In this document: piece after piece, positions 8,138 to 18,282 of the stretch
How the letters are laid out: each line of letters opens with the position of its first letter
Position numbering within the stretch: the stretch's first letter is position 1
Assembly: GCA_040289115.1 (NCBI GenBank)
Contig: PSKS01000006.1
Location: 11,781 to 75,780, forward strand
Origin: Chloroflexota bacterium
GTDB taxonomy: Bacteria; Chloroflexota; Dehalococcoidia; JAUQQI01
Direction: 5' to 3'
DNA length: 64,000 nt
Position numbers and translations under genes: made by a program
The notes under the pieces: generated by a model
Database searches by the model: none
What the model saw: the letters and a program-made list of their open reading frames with translations, nothing else
What the model was told of the DNA's origin: nothing

Positions 8138-10003
8138 TTAACACCCGGGCGAGGCGTTGCGAACTACCGGGAAGAAGAGGCGAAAGCCCCCGCTCAGGGG
8201 TGTCGCCTGGGTGGAGGTGGTCCCCGCCGCACAGCCCACCTGAACGGCAACCGCCGGGCTCCACTCGCCCGTCAGGCCGGCCCAGTCCCGGGCCCGAACT
8301 CGGAACTCGTAGGTGCGGCCCAACTGCCCCCGAAATTCTGCCGCCGTTAGCCCGGTATCCACCAGCCACCAACCCCAGTCCGGGTTGCTCCCCTCCCGAA
8401 CCTGCACGTCGAAGCCCATCACGCCCCAGCCGCTGTCCGAACCGTTCCAGCGGACGGTGAACCGCTCGGGGGCCGGACCGGCCCACGGGCTTACAGCCGC
8501 CACCGGCGGGGTGGTATCGGGCGGGACCCGCTCCAGGATGATGTAGGGCTCGCCAATGCCCAGGTCTGGGTTGGTTACGGGGGGCAGACTGATGCGGTAG
8601 CCGCCGGCAAGAGACTGCAGGACCGGGGCCGGCTGACCGTATTTGTCTAAAATCGACACGGCCTGGGCAGCCGGGGCGGCCTCAAGCCAATAGGTTACCG
8701 GACTGGCCGAGCGGTTCCAGACCACGCTTACCCGGTACAAATTATCCCCCAGCCGGACGCCCCCCAGGGTAACCCGGTCAACCGGCCCCTCCTCCCGCCG
8801 CCGGGCCGTCACGTAATTCGAAAAATATCGGGTGGCCGTTCGGTAGGCGGTGTACGCCGGTCGGGGCGAGGCGTCATTCCGGATTACCCCGTACCACTCC
8901 CGGTAGCCCACGTAGTCGTCGTAAAGTTGAAAGATTAAGAGCCTTTCCACGTCGTAGGCCAAACCCAGAGCCCCAACGGCCAGGGCGAAGGACGCCTGCT
9001 CCGAAGGGCTGCCCCGCCACTTCTGGGGGCAGGGCAAGTAGGGGCTTACCTTATCGTCCCCGCAGACGGGAATATTGGTTTCGTTCACCCAGATGGGCTT
9101 CTGGGGAATTTGAAAGCCGGCCAGGTAGTTTCGCACCGTGTCCACCAAGAAAGTCAGGGCGTACGGGGAGATGTAGGGGTGAACCGGCAGGGCGTCGAAG
9201 AAGTAGTTGTTGGCCGGGGCCTGGGGGTCAGCCCGGATGATTCGGAGCACATCGGGGAAGAAGGTTTGGTCGGTCCAGAAGGCCAGGGCCCCAAAGAGGA
9301 CCCGGGCCTCCGGGTCGGCAGCCTTTGCTGCCAGGTAAGCAACTTTAAGCAGCCGGACGTAATCTGCCCGGGTCCCGGACCAGAACCGGAAGGTAGAGGG
9401 CGGCCCCAGGTCCGGCTCGTTCCAGACCTCCCAAGTCCGGATTCGGGGGGCATAGCGCCTTACGGTGTTGTAAACGAACCGGGCCCAGTAGTTCTCGGGG
9501 TTTATCGCCTTGCCGGGTCCCGGAAGGTCGGTGCCGTCGGCAAAGACCGGCAGGTTTAAATTCTTAGGCGGGCTGGTTTCGGCCCCGCCCAGGGCGAACA
9601 CCCCATAGCGTCCCCCTGGAACCTGCTGAATGCCCGTCCCCGTTGAGGTTGCGGCCCAGGTTGGGGTGCCCATTAGAATGGCGTTAATTTTGAGGCCCCG
9701 GACCAGGTCGGCGTTGACCACCTGGTCGATGGCCGAATAATCGAAGGTCCCGGGCTGCCGTTCGACGGTGTGCCAGTAAAAGGGCCAGCGGGTCCAGCGG
9801 GCCCCGGCATCCAGGGCCTGCCGGTAGCGCAGGTCTGTTACGGCGTAGGGCTGGCCGTCGGCGGTTATGCCGTTTATAAACGCAAAACCGAAGCGGTCGG
9901 CGGCATCAACCGCTTGGAGGGCCGGCTGGCCCCAGGAGGCTCGGCCCGGGACCATTGCCAGGCCGAGCAGGAGCAGGCCCCATAAACCCCACCACCTATT
10001 CAC
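8138..10003 (-). CDS. secreted clan GH-A (TIM-barrel) glycoside hydrolase with C-terminal fibronectin-III-like domain
   Basis: Signal-peptide-like NRWWGLWGLLLLGLAMVPGRA. WEVWNEPDL (NEP acid/base motif). C-terminal RWNGSDSGWGVMGFDVQVREG...YEFRVRARD is FN3-like. Start is uncertain (GTG 10003 or ATG 9955); the listed ORF extends to 10102 and overlaps the upstream gene. Confidence 0.6.
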   Translation of the reverse strand: MNRWWGLWGLLLLGLAMVPGRASWGQPALQAVDAADRFGFAFINGITADGQPYAVTDLRYRQALDAGARWTRWPFYWHTVERQPGTFDYSAIDQVVNADLVRGLKINAILMGTPTWAATSTGTGIQQVPGGRYGVFALGGAETSPPKNLNLPVFADGTDLPGPGKAINPENYWARFVYNTVRRYAPRIRTWEVWNEPDLGPPSTFRFWSGTRADYVRLLKVAYLAAKAADPEARVLFGALAFWTDQTFFPDVLRIIRADPQAPANNYFFDALPVHPYISPYALTFLVDTVRNYLAGFQIPQKPIWVNETNIPVCGDDKVSPYLPCPQKWRGSPSEQASFALAVGALGLAYDVERLLIFQLYDDYVGYREWYGVIRNDASPRPAYTAYRTATRYFSNYVTARRREEGPVDRVTLGGVRLGDNLYRVSVVWNRSASPVTYWLEAAPAAQAVSILDKYGQPAPVLQSLAGGYRISLPPVTNPDLGIGEPYIILERVPPDTTPPVAAVSPWAGPAPERFTVRWNGSDSGWGVMGFDVQVREGSNPDWGWWLVDTGLTAAEFRGQLGRTYEFRVRARDWAGLTGEWSPAVAVQVGCAAGTTSTQATPLSGGFRLFFPVVRNASPGC

Positions 10004-12620
10004 AGCCCGGGCCGCTGCCGTCGGGGATGTCCGGTTGGGGCAGGTAAGTTCGGGCGTCGGCCCCGTGGGCCCAGACGGCCACCGGGGCGGCCGTGCCCTC
10101 AATGGCAGCCACGAAATAGTACTTGTTTACCGGGTCCCGGGCGGCCTCAACGGGTACGTTGTTAAAGACCCAGCGTGGGTGAGGTGTGCCGCTGGCATCC
10201 TGAACCTGGATCGTGCCGTCGGCCGCCTTAAGGGGCTGAAGAATTCCGGTATTAAGGCTCCACAGCAAGGTCACCCGGTTGGGGAAGCTGGCCGGGGCCG
10301 AAGCACCGGTCTGCGGGTCGGTCAGGTCGACCCCGATGTTAACATGGGTGGCCCGGTCGACGGGGGCCGGCTGACCGTCGGTGTGGGGCCAGACCACCTG
10401 AACCGAGGGCTCGGCCTGGCTGAAGGGGCCGGCGATCACCGAGCTCTGGACCGGCAGGTAAGTTCGGGCGTCGGCCCCGTGGGCCCAGACGTTGCTCCGG
10501 TACGGGACACCTTTAACCTCAACCAGGTAGAAGTCCTTGCTCCGGGTCGGGTCAAGGCCGGAAGCCTCGAAGAACCCAACGGGTACGTCGTTGAAGACCC
10601 AGGCCTGGAACACCTTGCCCCCCACCCGCCTGAGGATCGGCTGACCTGGCGGGCTCTGGTAGCGGGCCGGCAGGTTCACGGCGTTGCCACCAATTTCCAC
10701 CAGGTTGGAGGCCCGGCGCAGACGGACTTCCACCGGCAGGTTGCAAGCCACCGGCTGCAGGCTGTCGGCCTCGAAAAGATAGACTAAAACGTTCACCAGC
10801 GGCGCCTTGTCCACGGGCTGTGGCCGGCCGGCCCGGTCGTGGGGGAAGACCAGCTCAATTTTGGCGTCGACCATTCCGGCAACCGCATTCGGGGACTGGG
10901 CCCGAATGGTGTAGGCCTTGCCGGGCTCGACGTCAACCTGAACTACGCCGCTGCCCGGATTCAGCCGGTTGGAACCTGCCGGACCCGAGACCAGCACCGT
11001 CCAGCCGGGCTGCCAGCGGGGAATCAGCTTACTGCCGGCCAAGTTTAGGGTGAGGCGGGTCGGGGCGTTGGCCCGGACCTCGAGCCGGTCCGGCGCCGGC
11101 CGCCAGATAAACAGCTGGGCGGCCGAGACGGGGCTTTCGGCCAAGATGCCGGCTTCCGGCAGGCTGAGGACCCGGCCCAGGGCCCAGCCGTTTTCGGCCA
11201 CCACCCGGAAGGCCGGCCCCTGGGGGGTATCAAACCACTGGAAGCCGGCGGGGCCTACGGCCCGGATGAACTCCGAAGCGGCCTTGAAGGCCAGGGCGCT
11301 GGGCTTCGGTGTGCCGTCGGGGTTGAAAAGGCCGTAGGTGTTTTCGGTGGGGTTTGCTCCGACAGCCAGGTCGTTGGCCTGCCATTTAAAGGCCCCAGGC
11401 CGACCTTGGGCGAAGGAGCGGAGCAGAACGGCCGACTCGTAAAGGGCGGCTTCGACCGGGTCCAGCTGGAAGGTGGCAAACCCGAACTCTTCGAAGATTA
11501 CCGGCCGGTCGGGGAAGATTTTGGAGAGGGTCTCGAGGGCTTGGAACATTCGGTTGAAGTTGACGGCGGTAGCCCCCGGGAACCGATGCCAAGAGATGAA
11601 GTCGAGGGCCCGATTGGCCGGAAGGGAGGCCAGGATCAGGTCGCTGTAACCGACAGTTACGGGCTTCTCCGGGTCGACCTGTTTTACCGGTCCAAGGCGG
11701 GCATCGACCCAGGCGGCCAAGGTCTGGTCGAGAGCCTGAATCAGGGGTTGCCATTTGGCCGCATCCGGGGAGATTATGTAGTCGGCCACCGAGACGGCGT
11801 AGTCCCGGGCGGCAACCCAGGCGGCGGCTTCGGCCGCAAACTCCCGGAAGAGTTGGTAGTTGTTGGCGTAATAGTAAGCTTGAGCGTCGTTGAACCGCTC
11901 GGGCACAAGGCTCCGGCCCTCTTCCCGTCGCCAGCGGGGAATATCAGAGCGGGGAATCCGCTCGCCATAGGCCCGGATGAGGGCATCGGTCTGGAGGGGT
12001 GGGGGTCCCCCGGGGTAGATGGCCACGGCCAGGTCCTGGAAGTGGGGCTCATTTTTGAGGTCGTAGCCGAGCACCGCCGGATTTCCCCGGTAACGGGCGG
12101 CGATGGCCTGATTGAGGGCGGCTTCCCGGGCCAGGTCGTCTTCCCGATAGTCATTAAAAGTAATAAGCAGGTGCAAATTTCTCTGGGCCGCCAGGTTGAC
12201 CACCGTGTCCAGCTTGGACCAGCGGCCGGCCCGAATATCCCGGGCCAGGGCCGACCGGACGAAAATCCGAACGGCCTTCAGCCCGGCCGCCGCTAGCCGG
12301 TCGAAATCGGCCGCCACCAGAGCCGGGTCAAACTGCCCATCCTCCCAGTAAACCCAGGCCCGGTCAGTGGGTCCGGCATAATTGGCCCCCACCACGAATA
12401 CTGGCCGGCCGGCCGGGTCCACAAAGGCAGACCCGGTAAAGCGCAGGGGGCTTATGTCGGCCCGGGCGGCCGGGGCCGGTCCGAAAATTACAGGGCCTAA
12501 CAGCAGGCCCAAAAGAAAGAGGCCCCAGGTAACCTGCAGGGTCCGCCGCTTAGCTATCCGCCGCAAACCAGCCAAACCGTCCCCAAGTTTAGCCAGATGC
12601 GGGCGGTCCGTCAAGGCCAT
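9996..12620 (-). CDS. secreted GH5-family glycoside hydrolase with two C-terminal tandem repeat domains
   Basis: N-terminal signal-like hydrophobic stretch. GH5 hallmarks LKNEPHF (acid/base) and IFEEFGF (nucleophile). C-terminus carries two ~138-aa repeats, each ending VWAHGADARTYLP. ATG at 12620; an alternative TTG at 12644. Confidence 0.7.
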   Translation of the reverse strand: MALTDRPHLAKLGDGLAGLRRIAKRRTLQVTWGLFLLGLLLGPVIFGPAPAARADISPLRFTGSAFVDPAGRPVFVVGANYAGPTDRAWVYWEDGQFDPALVAADFDRLAAAGLKAVRIFVRSALARDIRAGRWSKLDTVVNLAAQRNLHLLITFNDYREDDLAREAALNQAIAARYRGNPAVLGYDLKNEPHFQDLAVAIYPGGPPPLQTDALIRAYGERIPRSDIPRWRREEGRSLVPERFNDAQAYYYANNYQLFREFAAEAAAWVAARDYAVSVADYIISPDAAKWQPLIQALDQTLAAWVDARLGPVKQVDPEKPVTVGYSDLILASLPANRALDFISWHRFPGATAVNFNRMFQALETLSKIFPDRPVIFEEFGFATFQLDPVEAALYESAVLLRSFAQGRPGAFKWQANDLAVGANPTENTYGLFNPDGTPKPSALAFKAASEFIRAVGPAGFQWFDTPQGPAFRVVAENGWALGRVLSLPEAGILAESPVSAAQLFIWRPAPDRLEVRANAPTRLTLNLAGSKLIPRWQPGWTVLVSGPAGSNRLNPGSGVVQVDVEPGKAYTIRAQSPNAVAGMVDAKIELVFPHDRAGRPQPVDKAPLVNVLVYLFEADSLQPVACNLPVEVRLRRASNLVEIGGNAVNLPARYQSPPGQPILRRVGGKVFQAWVFNDVPVGFFEASGLDPTRSKDFYLVEVKGVPYRSNVWAHGADARTYLPVQSSVIAGPFSQAEPSVQVVWPHTDGQPAPVDRATHVNIGVDLTDPQTGASAPASFPNRVTLLWSLNTGILQPLKAADGTIQVQDASGTPHPRWVFNNVPVEAARDPVNKYYFVAAIEGTAAPVAVWAHGADARTYLPQPDIPDGSGPGCE
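10040..10491 (-). repeat. intragenic direct repeat (identical 38-nt cores at 10040-10077 and 10454-10491) underlying the duplicated C-terminal domains of the GH5 gene
   Basis: ggcaggtaagttcgggcgtcggccccgtgggcccagac occurs twice, 414 nt apart (138 codons), matching the protein-level repeat. Confidence 0.7.
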
Positions 12621-12735
12621 GACGCCTAGGGTACCTGGACCCAAGGCCGGCTCGGTGGCAGACTGTCGCCTTAAGACGGCCCAAATGTGGTGCCCCTGAA
12701 GGGAAATCCCTGCCGGTTAACCGCGGCCTAGTGGG

Positions 12736-12776
12736 AAATTTAAATAACAGTGCTGGGCGGCCAGTTGGCCGCCCAG
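12736..12776 (-). terminator. intrinsic terminator downstream of the first PPase gene (minus strand)
   Basis: 10-bp perfect stem ctgggcggcc/ggccgcccag with agtt loop, followed on the minus strand by a T-rich tract (ttatttaaattt). Confidence 0.5.
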
Positions 12777-12784
12777 CAAGCGAC

Positions 12785-14875
12785 CTATAGAAAGAGGGGC
12801 GACATCACCAGGGTGACGGTGGCCAACAACTTGACTAACACGTGCAGGGAGGGCCCGGCGGTGTCCTTAAAGGGGTCGCCCACCGTATCCCCCACCACCG
12901 CGGCGGCGTGGATGGGGGTACCCTTCTTGATGGGCTCACCATTCTCATCCAGCAGGTACCCAGCCTCAATGTATTTCTTGGCGTTGTCCCAGGCGCCGCC
13001 GCCGTTGTTGAGCACCGTGGCCAGCAAGATACCAGCAATGGTTCCCACCATCAGCAGGCCGGCCGTCGCCTCGGCCTTAAGGAAAATTCCGACGGCCACC
13101 GGCATGCCCACGGCCAGAAGCCCTGGGGCCACCATCTCCCGCAGGGCTGCCCGGGTCGTTATATCCACGCAGCGGGCAAAGTCCGGCCGGGAGGTTCCAG
13201 CCAGGATGCCGGGGTCAGCCTTAAACTGACGCCGGACCTCCTCGATGATGGCGGAGGCGGCATGACCCACCGCCCGGATAGCCAAGGAGCTGAAGAGATA
13301 GACCAGCATTGAACCGAGCAGGGCCCCGACGAAGACCTCGACCTTAGAAAGGTCCACAGCCTGCAAGGGGCGCCCCAGCTCGGCCAGGCGGTCCAGGTAG
13401 GCGCTGAACAGTAGGAACGCCGCCAGGGCCGCCGAACCGATGGCGTAGCCCTTAGTCAGGGCCTTGGTTGTATTACCCACCGCATCCAGGGCGTCCAGGA
13501 TGCGCCGGGCCGAGGCCGGGGCGTGGGACATCTCGCAGATGCCGGCCGCATTGTCGGTGATGGGCCCAAAGGTATCCATGGCCAGGATGTAGGCGGCGGT
13601 CATCAGCATGCCCATGGTGGCCACCGCCGTGCCGAAGAGGCCGCCGTGGGGCAGGCCTGACATCGCGCCGAACCAGTGGGCCGCCAACAAGGCCGCACCC
13701 ACCACCAGGGCGGTGCTGGCCGTCGTCTCGAAGGCGACGGCCGTGCCCACGATTATCGTCGTCGCCGGCCCGGTGCGGGCGGCATCGGCGATCTCCTTAA
13801 CCGGCCGCCAGGTGCCCGACGTGTAGTACTGGGTGATGTAGACAAAGGCGATGCTGGTTAGAAGGCCCGTGAGGCCGGCAAAGAAGAACCACATCCAGGC
13901 GTCGCCCAGCATCACCCGGGTTGTTACGAACAGGAAGACGGCTGAGAGGAGTAGGGCGACGTAGTAGCCCCGGTCCAGCGCCCGCATCGGGTCCTCATCC
14001 TCCCGGCCCCGGACAAAGAAGAGGCCCGCCGCCGAGGCCAGCAGACCGAAGGCCCGGACCACCAGGGGGAACAGAATCCAGGCGTCGTTGCCGGTCGCCC
14101 GGGCGACGGCCACCCCCAAGATCATGGCGCCGATATTCTCGGCGGCCGTCGACTCGAAGAGGTCAGCCCCACGGCCGGCGCAGTCGCCCACGTTATCCCC
14201 GACCAGATCAGCGATCACGGCCGCGTTCCGGGGGTCGTCTTCGGGGATACCGGCCTCCACCTTACCCACCAAATCAGCCCCCACATCGGCCGCCTTGGTG
14301 TAAATACCGCCCCCCAGCTGGGCAAAGAGGGCCACAAAGCTGGCCCCAAAACCGTAACCTACGATCAGGAAGGGAGCCTGGCGCATCCCCTCAGACCCGA
14401 ACATGGCCCCGTAAAGGGCGAAGATAACCGCAACCCCAATGAGGCTGAGGCCCACCACCAGGAAGCCCGAAACTGCCCCGCCCCGCAAAGCCACGTTTAT
14501 GGCCTCGTTCAGGTTGCGCAGGGCGGCACTGGCCGTCCGGATGTTGGACCGGACCGCCACGTACATACCGACGAAGCCGGAGATGGCCGAGGAAAAGGCC
14601 CCGACCAGAAAGGCGACGGCAGTCCGCCACCCCAGCTCAACACTCCGGTCGAAGTAGCCGATGACGGCCCCGACAATGACGGCCGTAACCACCGCCAAAA
14701 GCAGGATCGTCCGGTATTGGCGGTTAAGGAAGGCCACGGCCCCCTCGTAGATCATGTCGGCAACGGCCTTCATATCCGGCGTGCCCGTGTCCCGCCTGAG
14801 GACGTCCCAGGCGAGGTAGGCCACCAGTAAAAGGGTTAAAAGGCCCGAAGCCGGTACTATCCAAACTAGCTCCAT
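12785..14875 (-). CDS. hppA: membrane-bound proton-translocating pyrophosphatase, K+-independent-type signature
   Basis: 696 aa, roughly 16 TM, V-PPase motifs ([28 protein letters not shown]). Carries GNTTKALTKG, the Lys/Thr variant associated with K+-independent H+-PPases. GGAGG SD upstream. Confidence 0.9.
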   Translation of the reverse strand: MELVWIVPASGLLTLLLVAYLAWDVLRRDTGTPDMKAVADMIYEGAVAFLNRQYRTILLLAVVTAVIVGAVIGYFDRSVELGWRTAVAFLVGAFSSAISGFVGMYVAVRSNIRTASAALRNLNEAINVALRGGAVSGFLVVGLSLIGVAVIFALYGAMFGSEGMRQAPFLIVGYGFGASFVALFAQLGGGIYTKAADVGADLVGKVEAGIPEDDPRNAAVIADLVGDNVGDCAGRGADLFESTAAENIGAMILGVAVARATGNDAWILFPLVVRAFGLLASAAGLFFVRGREDEDPMRALDRGYYVALLLSAVFLFVTTRVMLGDAWMWFFFAGLTGLLTSIAFVYITQYYTSGTWRPVKEIADAARTGPATTIIVGTAVAFETTASTALVVGAALLAAHWFGAMSGLPHGGLFGTAVATMGMLMTAAYILAMDTFGPITDNAAGICEMSHAPASARRILDALDAVGNTTKALTKGYAIGSAALAAFLLFSAYLDRLAELGRPLQAVDLSKVEVFVGALLGSMLVYLFSSLAIRAVGHAASAIIEEVRRQFKADPGILAGTSRPDFARCVDITTRAALREMVAPGLLAVGMPVAVGIFLKAEATAGLLMVGTIAGILLATVLNNGGGAWDNAKKYIEAGYLLDENGEPIKKGTPIHAAAVVGDTVGDPFKDTAGPSLHVLVKLLATVTLVMSPLFL

Positions 14876-14914
14876 GCTGGCGTGCCTCCTTCTAAGGCTA
14901 CTTGAAATAAGGTT

Positions 14915-16903
14915 TTAGATAAAAAGCGGTGCCAGGACCAGGGAAACGATGCTCATGAGCTTTATTAAAATGTTAATGGAGGGTCCGGCGGTGTCCTTGA
15001 AGGGGTCGCCCACCGTATCCCCCACCACCGCGGCGGCGTGCACCGGCGTCGACTTCTGGATGGGCTGGCCGTTCTCGTCCAAGAGATAACCGGCCTCAAT
15101 ATATTTTTTAGCATTGTCCCAGGCGGCGCCGGAATTGGCCATGGTAACAGCCAGCAGAAAGCCGCTCAGGATCGCCCCGAGCAGGAGGCCCCCCAAGGCA
15201 GCGGCCCCGAGGGCGAACCCGACCGCCGGCGGCACCACTACGGCCAGCAGGCCCGGCAGAATCATCTCCCGGAGGGCAGCCCGGGTGCTGATGTCGACGC
15301 AGCGGGCGTAGTCGGGCGAGGTTTCCCCGGCCATCAGGCCTGGGATCTCCTTGAACTGGCGGCGCACCTCGTTGACGATCTCAAAGGCCGCCCGGCCCAC
15401 GGCCGACATCGCCAAGGCCGAAAAGATATACGGCATTCCCGCCCCAATCAGGGCCCCGATCATCACCCGGACATCCAGCAGGTTCATTATGTCCAGCCAG
15501 ACGGCCTGGGAGTAGGCCGCCAGGAGGGCCAGGGCGGTGAGCACGGCCGAGCCGATGGCGAACCCCTTGCCGGTGGCCGCCGTGGTGTTGCCCAGGGAAT
15601 CGAGGGCATCCGTCCGCCGGCGGACCTCCGGGGGCAGGTGGGTCATCTCGGCGATGCCGCCGGCATTATCGGCCACCGGGCCGTAAGCATCCGTGGCCAG
15701 GGTAATGCCTAAAGTCGAAAGCATGCCCACCCCGGCGAGGGCCACCCCGTAAAGGCCGCCGAAAACGTAGGCCACGTAGATGGCCGCGGCCATGATGAGC
15801 ATCGGCAGGATGTTGCTCAGCATCCCCACGGCCAACCCACCGATAATGACGGTTGCCGGCCCCGTTCGGGCCGCCTGGGCCACCTGCCGGGTCGGGCCGT
15901 AGGAGTACGAGGTGAAAAACTCGGTGCTCAGGCCGATGGCAACCCCGCCCAGCAGCCCGGCCACCGTGGCCCAGAAGAGGCCGAGGCCAACCCCAAGCCA
16001 CAAGGCCAGGCCCAGGGTAGCTAGCACCACCAGGACACTAGCCACAAAGACCCCGGCCCGCAGGGCATTGAGCAGGCGCCCCATCTCCGGCGTCTCCCCC
16101 ACCCGGACGAAGAAAGTGCCAATTATGGAGGCGATGATGCCGGCTACCGCCAGCAGGATGGGCAGGCTATAGGCAGCCTCCCCCCAAGGGGTCATGGCCG
16201 CCAGGGCAAGGGCTGCCACGATGGACCCCACGTACGACTCGAAAAGGTCGGCGCCCATCCCAGCCACGTCGCCGACGTTGTCACCGACGTTATCGGCAAT
16301 AACGGCCGGGTTACGGGGGTCGTCTTCGGGGATGCCCGCCTCCACCTTACCCACCAGGTCCGCCCCCACATCGGCCGCCTTGGTGTAGATGCCGCCCCCG
16401 ACCCGGGCAAAGAGGGCGATGGACGAGGCCCCGAAGCTGAACCCGGCCACAATGTTTGGGTCGCCGATGGCCAGGAAGAGGACCGAAAGCCCCAGAATCC
16501 CCAGCCCCACCACCGTGATGCCCATAACCGTTCCGCTGGAGAAGGCGACCCGAAGGGCGTCGTTAAGGCTGCGGATTGCGGCCGCCGCCGTCCGGACGTT
16601 GGCCCGGACGGCCACGTTCATCCCGACAAAGCCGGCCAAGGCCGAACAGAAGGCCCCCACCAGGTAACAGAGGGCGGTCAGGGGATGGATTACGAGGCCG
16701 AGAATGGCCGCCACAGCGACGGCGAAGGGCACCAGGGTCCGGTATTCCCGCAAGAGGAAGGCCATGGCCCCGACCTGGACCGCCCGGGAGATGCGCACCA
16801 TCTCCGGCCGACCAGTCTCCTGTTTTAAAACCCAGTAAGCCGTCAGGCCGGCAAACAACAGGCCGACCAGCCCGCCGACGGGACCTAAAATCGCCAGGCT
16901 CAT
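14915..16903 (-). CDS. hppA: membrane-bound pyrophosphatase, K+-dependent-type signature
   Basis: 662 aa paralog with the same V-PPase motifs but [10 protein letters not shown] (Ala/Gly variant of K+-dependent enzymes). Confidence 0.9.
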   Translation of the reverse strand: MSLAILGPVGGLVGLLFAGLTAYWVLKQETGRPEMVRISRAVQVGAMAFLLREYRTLVPFAVAVAAILGLVIHPLTALCYLVGAFCSALAGFVGMNVAVRANVRTAAAAIRSLNDALRVAFSSGTVMGITVVGLGILGLSVLFLAIGDPNIVAGFSFGASSIALFARVGGGIYTKAADVGADLVGKVEAGIPEDDPRNPAVIADNVGDNVGDVAGMGADLFESYVGSIVAALALAAMTPWGEAAYSLPILLAVAGIIASIIGTFFVRVGETPEMGRLLNALRAGVFVASVLVVLATLGLALWLGVGLGLFWATVAGLLGGVAIGLSTEFFTSYSYGPTRQVAQAARTGPATVIIGGLAVGMLSNILPMLIMAAAIYVAYVFGGLYGVALAGVGMLSTLGITLATDAYGPVADNAGGIAEMTHLPPEVRRRTDALDSLGNTTAATGKGFAIGSAVLTALALLAAYSQAVWLDIMNLLDVRVMIGALIGAGMPYIFSALAMSAVGRAAFEIVNEVRRQFKEIPGLMAGETSPDYARCVDISTRAALREMILPGLLAVVVPPAVGFALGAAALGGLLLGAILSGFLLAVTMANSGAAWDNAKKYIEAGYLLDENGQPIQKSTPVHAAAVVGDTVGDPFKDTAGPSINILIKLMSIVSLVLAPLFI

Positions 16904-16945
16904 CCCCGGCCCCCTTATATCGGGAAAAATTTCACAAAATTTTAG

Positions 16946-17602
16946 CTAAAGTCCCTCTTGCGGCGCTATTATATCCCGCGCGCCCAGGTATTTTGCCAGT
17001 TCCCACTGCCGGACCGACAGGGTCAGGTCGCCGCGGCTCCGCTCCAGAATGCCCCGCACCTGGTCGGTGAGCCGCCTTAGGCCCCCGGTCATGCCGTCGG
17101 GGTAATCGAGGGCGACGAGGACCTCATAGATGGTGTCCATTGTCCCCAAGATCTCCTCGGCCCGGCCCAGCTGGCCAGTCCGGATCAGGTCCAGCAGGTG
17201 GCGTCTAAGCTCACCGACGGCCTCCGCCAGGCCCTGGAGGTAACTTAAAGGCTCCACCTTAAGCTCATCCGGGCCGGGAACGGGCCGGTTGGCAATGACG
17301 GCAAAGGTCACGTGGGCCTCCACCAGCTCCTTGGCGGCATCGCCGATGAAGCCGGCCCAGAGCACGTCCGGGTGTTCGGCCAGCAGGTCGGTGGCGACCT
17401 GGAGCTTCTGGCGGCCCTCAGCCAGAAGGGCTTCGGCCGCTTCAAACTCGCCCCGGTGGACGGCTCGGACAGCGTTGGCCGCCGTCCGCACCACCTCCCG
17501 GGCCAGCTTTAGGGCTTCCTCCCGGGCGGCGTACTTGGCATCCAAGTGTTCCCGGATCCGGTCGATGGTCTCGTAAAATTCGGGTGTTCGCAGCATCCTC
17601 AC
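16946..17602 (-). CDS. all-alpha hypothetical protein, possibly translin-family
   Basis: 218 aa, helical, Glu/Arg-rich repeats (YLQGLAEAVGELRRHLLDLI). The translin-like call rests only on remembered family appearance. Confidence 0.3.
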   Translation of the reverse strand: MRMLRTPEFYETIDRIREHLDAKYAAREEALKLAREVVRTAANAVRAVHRGEFEAAEALLAEGRQKLQVATDLLAEHPDVLWAGFIGDAAKELVEAHVTFAVIANRPVPGPDELKVEPLSYLQGLAEAVGELRRHLLDLIRTGQLGRAEEILGTMDTIYEVLVALDYPDGMTGGLRRLTDQVRGILERSRGDLTLSVRQWELAKYLGARDIIAPQEGL

Positions 17603-18282
17603 CTCAGGCCGGCTTCGGCCCGGGCAATAAGCTCGGCCGCGGCGGCCGCCGGGTCTTCGGCGGCGCAGACGGCGCTTATCACCGCAAAGGCGTCGGCCCC
17701 GGCCCGAACCACCTCGGCCACATTTTCGGGGGTGATCCCCCCAATGGCCACCACCGGCAGGCCCAGGCCTGCCGCCTTAATTTGGCGAATGGTGTCGAGG
17801 CCGGCCGGCCGGGTATCCGTCTTGGTGGCCGTGGGAAAGATTGACCCGACCCCAACGTAGTCGGCCCCGTCGTCCCGGGCCTTGCGGGCCTCGGCCAGGT
17901 TATTCGTCGAGCACCCGATAACTGTCGTCGGCGGCAGGATGCGCCGCAGCTCGGCGACGGGCAGGTCCTTCTGGCCCACGTGGACCCCATCGGCCCCGGC
18001 CACGAGGGCCAGATCGGCGTGGTCATTCACAATGAAGAGCACCCCGGCCTCCCGGCAAAGGTCCCGGAGCCGCCGGACCTCGGGCAACATTTCACCCTTC
18101 ATTTTTACTTTATCACGATACTGGACGACCCGGGCGCCGGCCCGGATGGCACCCTCGGCAACGGCGACCACGTCCCGGCCGCGGGTGGCCTGTGGGTCAA
18201 CTATGAGGTAAAGGCCCCGGACCCCCTGCCGGGCGAGCTCCAGGCTGGGACGGGTTACGGATTGGTGGTCCGCTCCGACCAC
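17599..18282 (-). CDS. thiE: thiamine-phosphate synthase
   Basis: LYLIVDP...VQYRDK...FIVNDHADLAL...GADGVHVGQKDLP...VVAIGGI pattern. The true start may lie downstream of 18282, because the listed ORF overlaps the FmdB gene. Confidence 0.85.
   Translation of the reverse strand: MVGADHQSVTRPSLELARQGVRGLYLIVDPQATRGRDVVAVAEGAIRAGARVVQYRDKVKMKGEMLPEVRRLRDLCREAGVLFIVNDHADLALVAGADGVHVGQKDLPVAELRRILPPTTVIGCSTNNLAEARKARDDGADYVGVGSIFPTATKTDTRPAGLDTIRQIKAAGLGLPVVAIGGITPENVAEVVRAGADAFAVISAVCAAEDPAAAAAELIARAEAGLR

Noticed and set aside
8138-10102. Full listed extent of the second GH ORF (start at 10102)
   Set aside because: It would overlap the upstream GH5 gene by 107 nt. A GTG at 10003, right after the GH5 stop, gives a proper signal peptide, so I shortened the call (start still uncertain).
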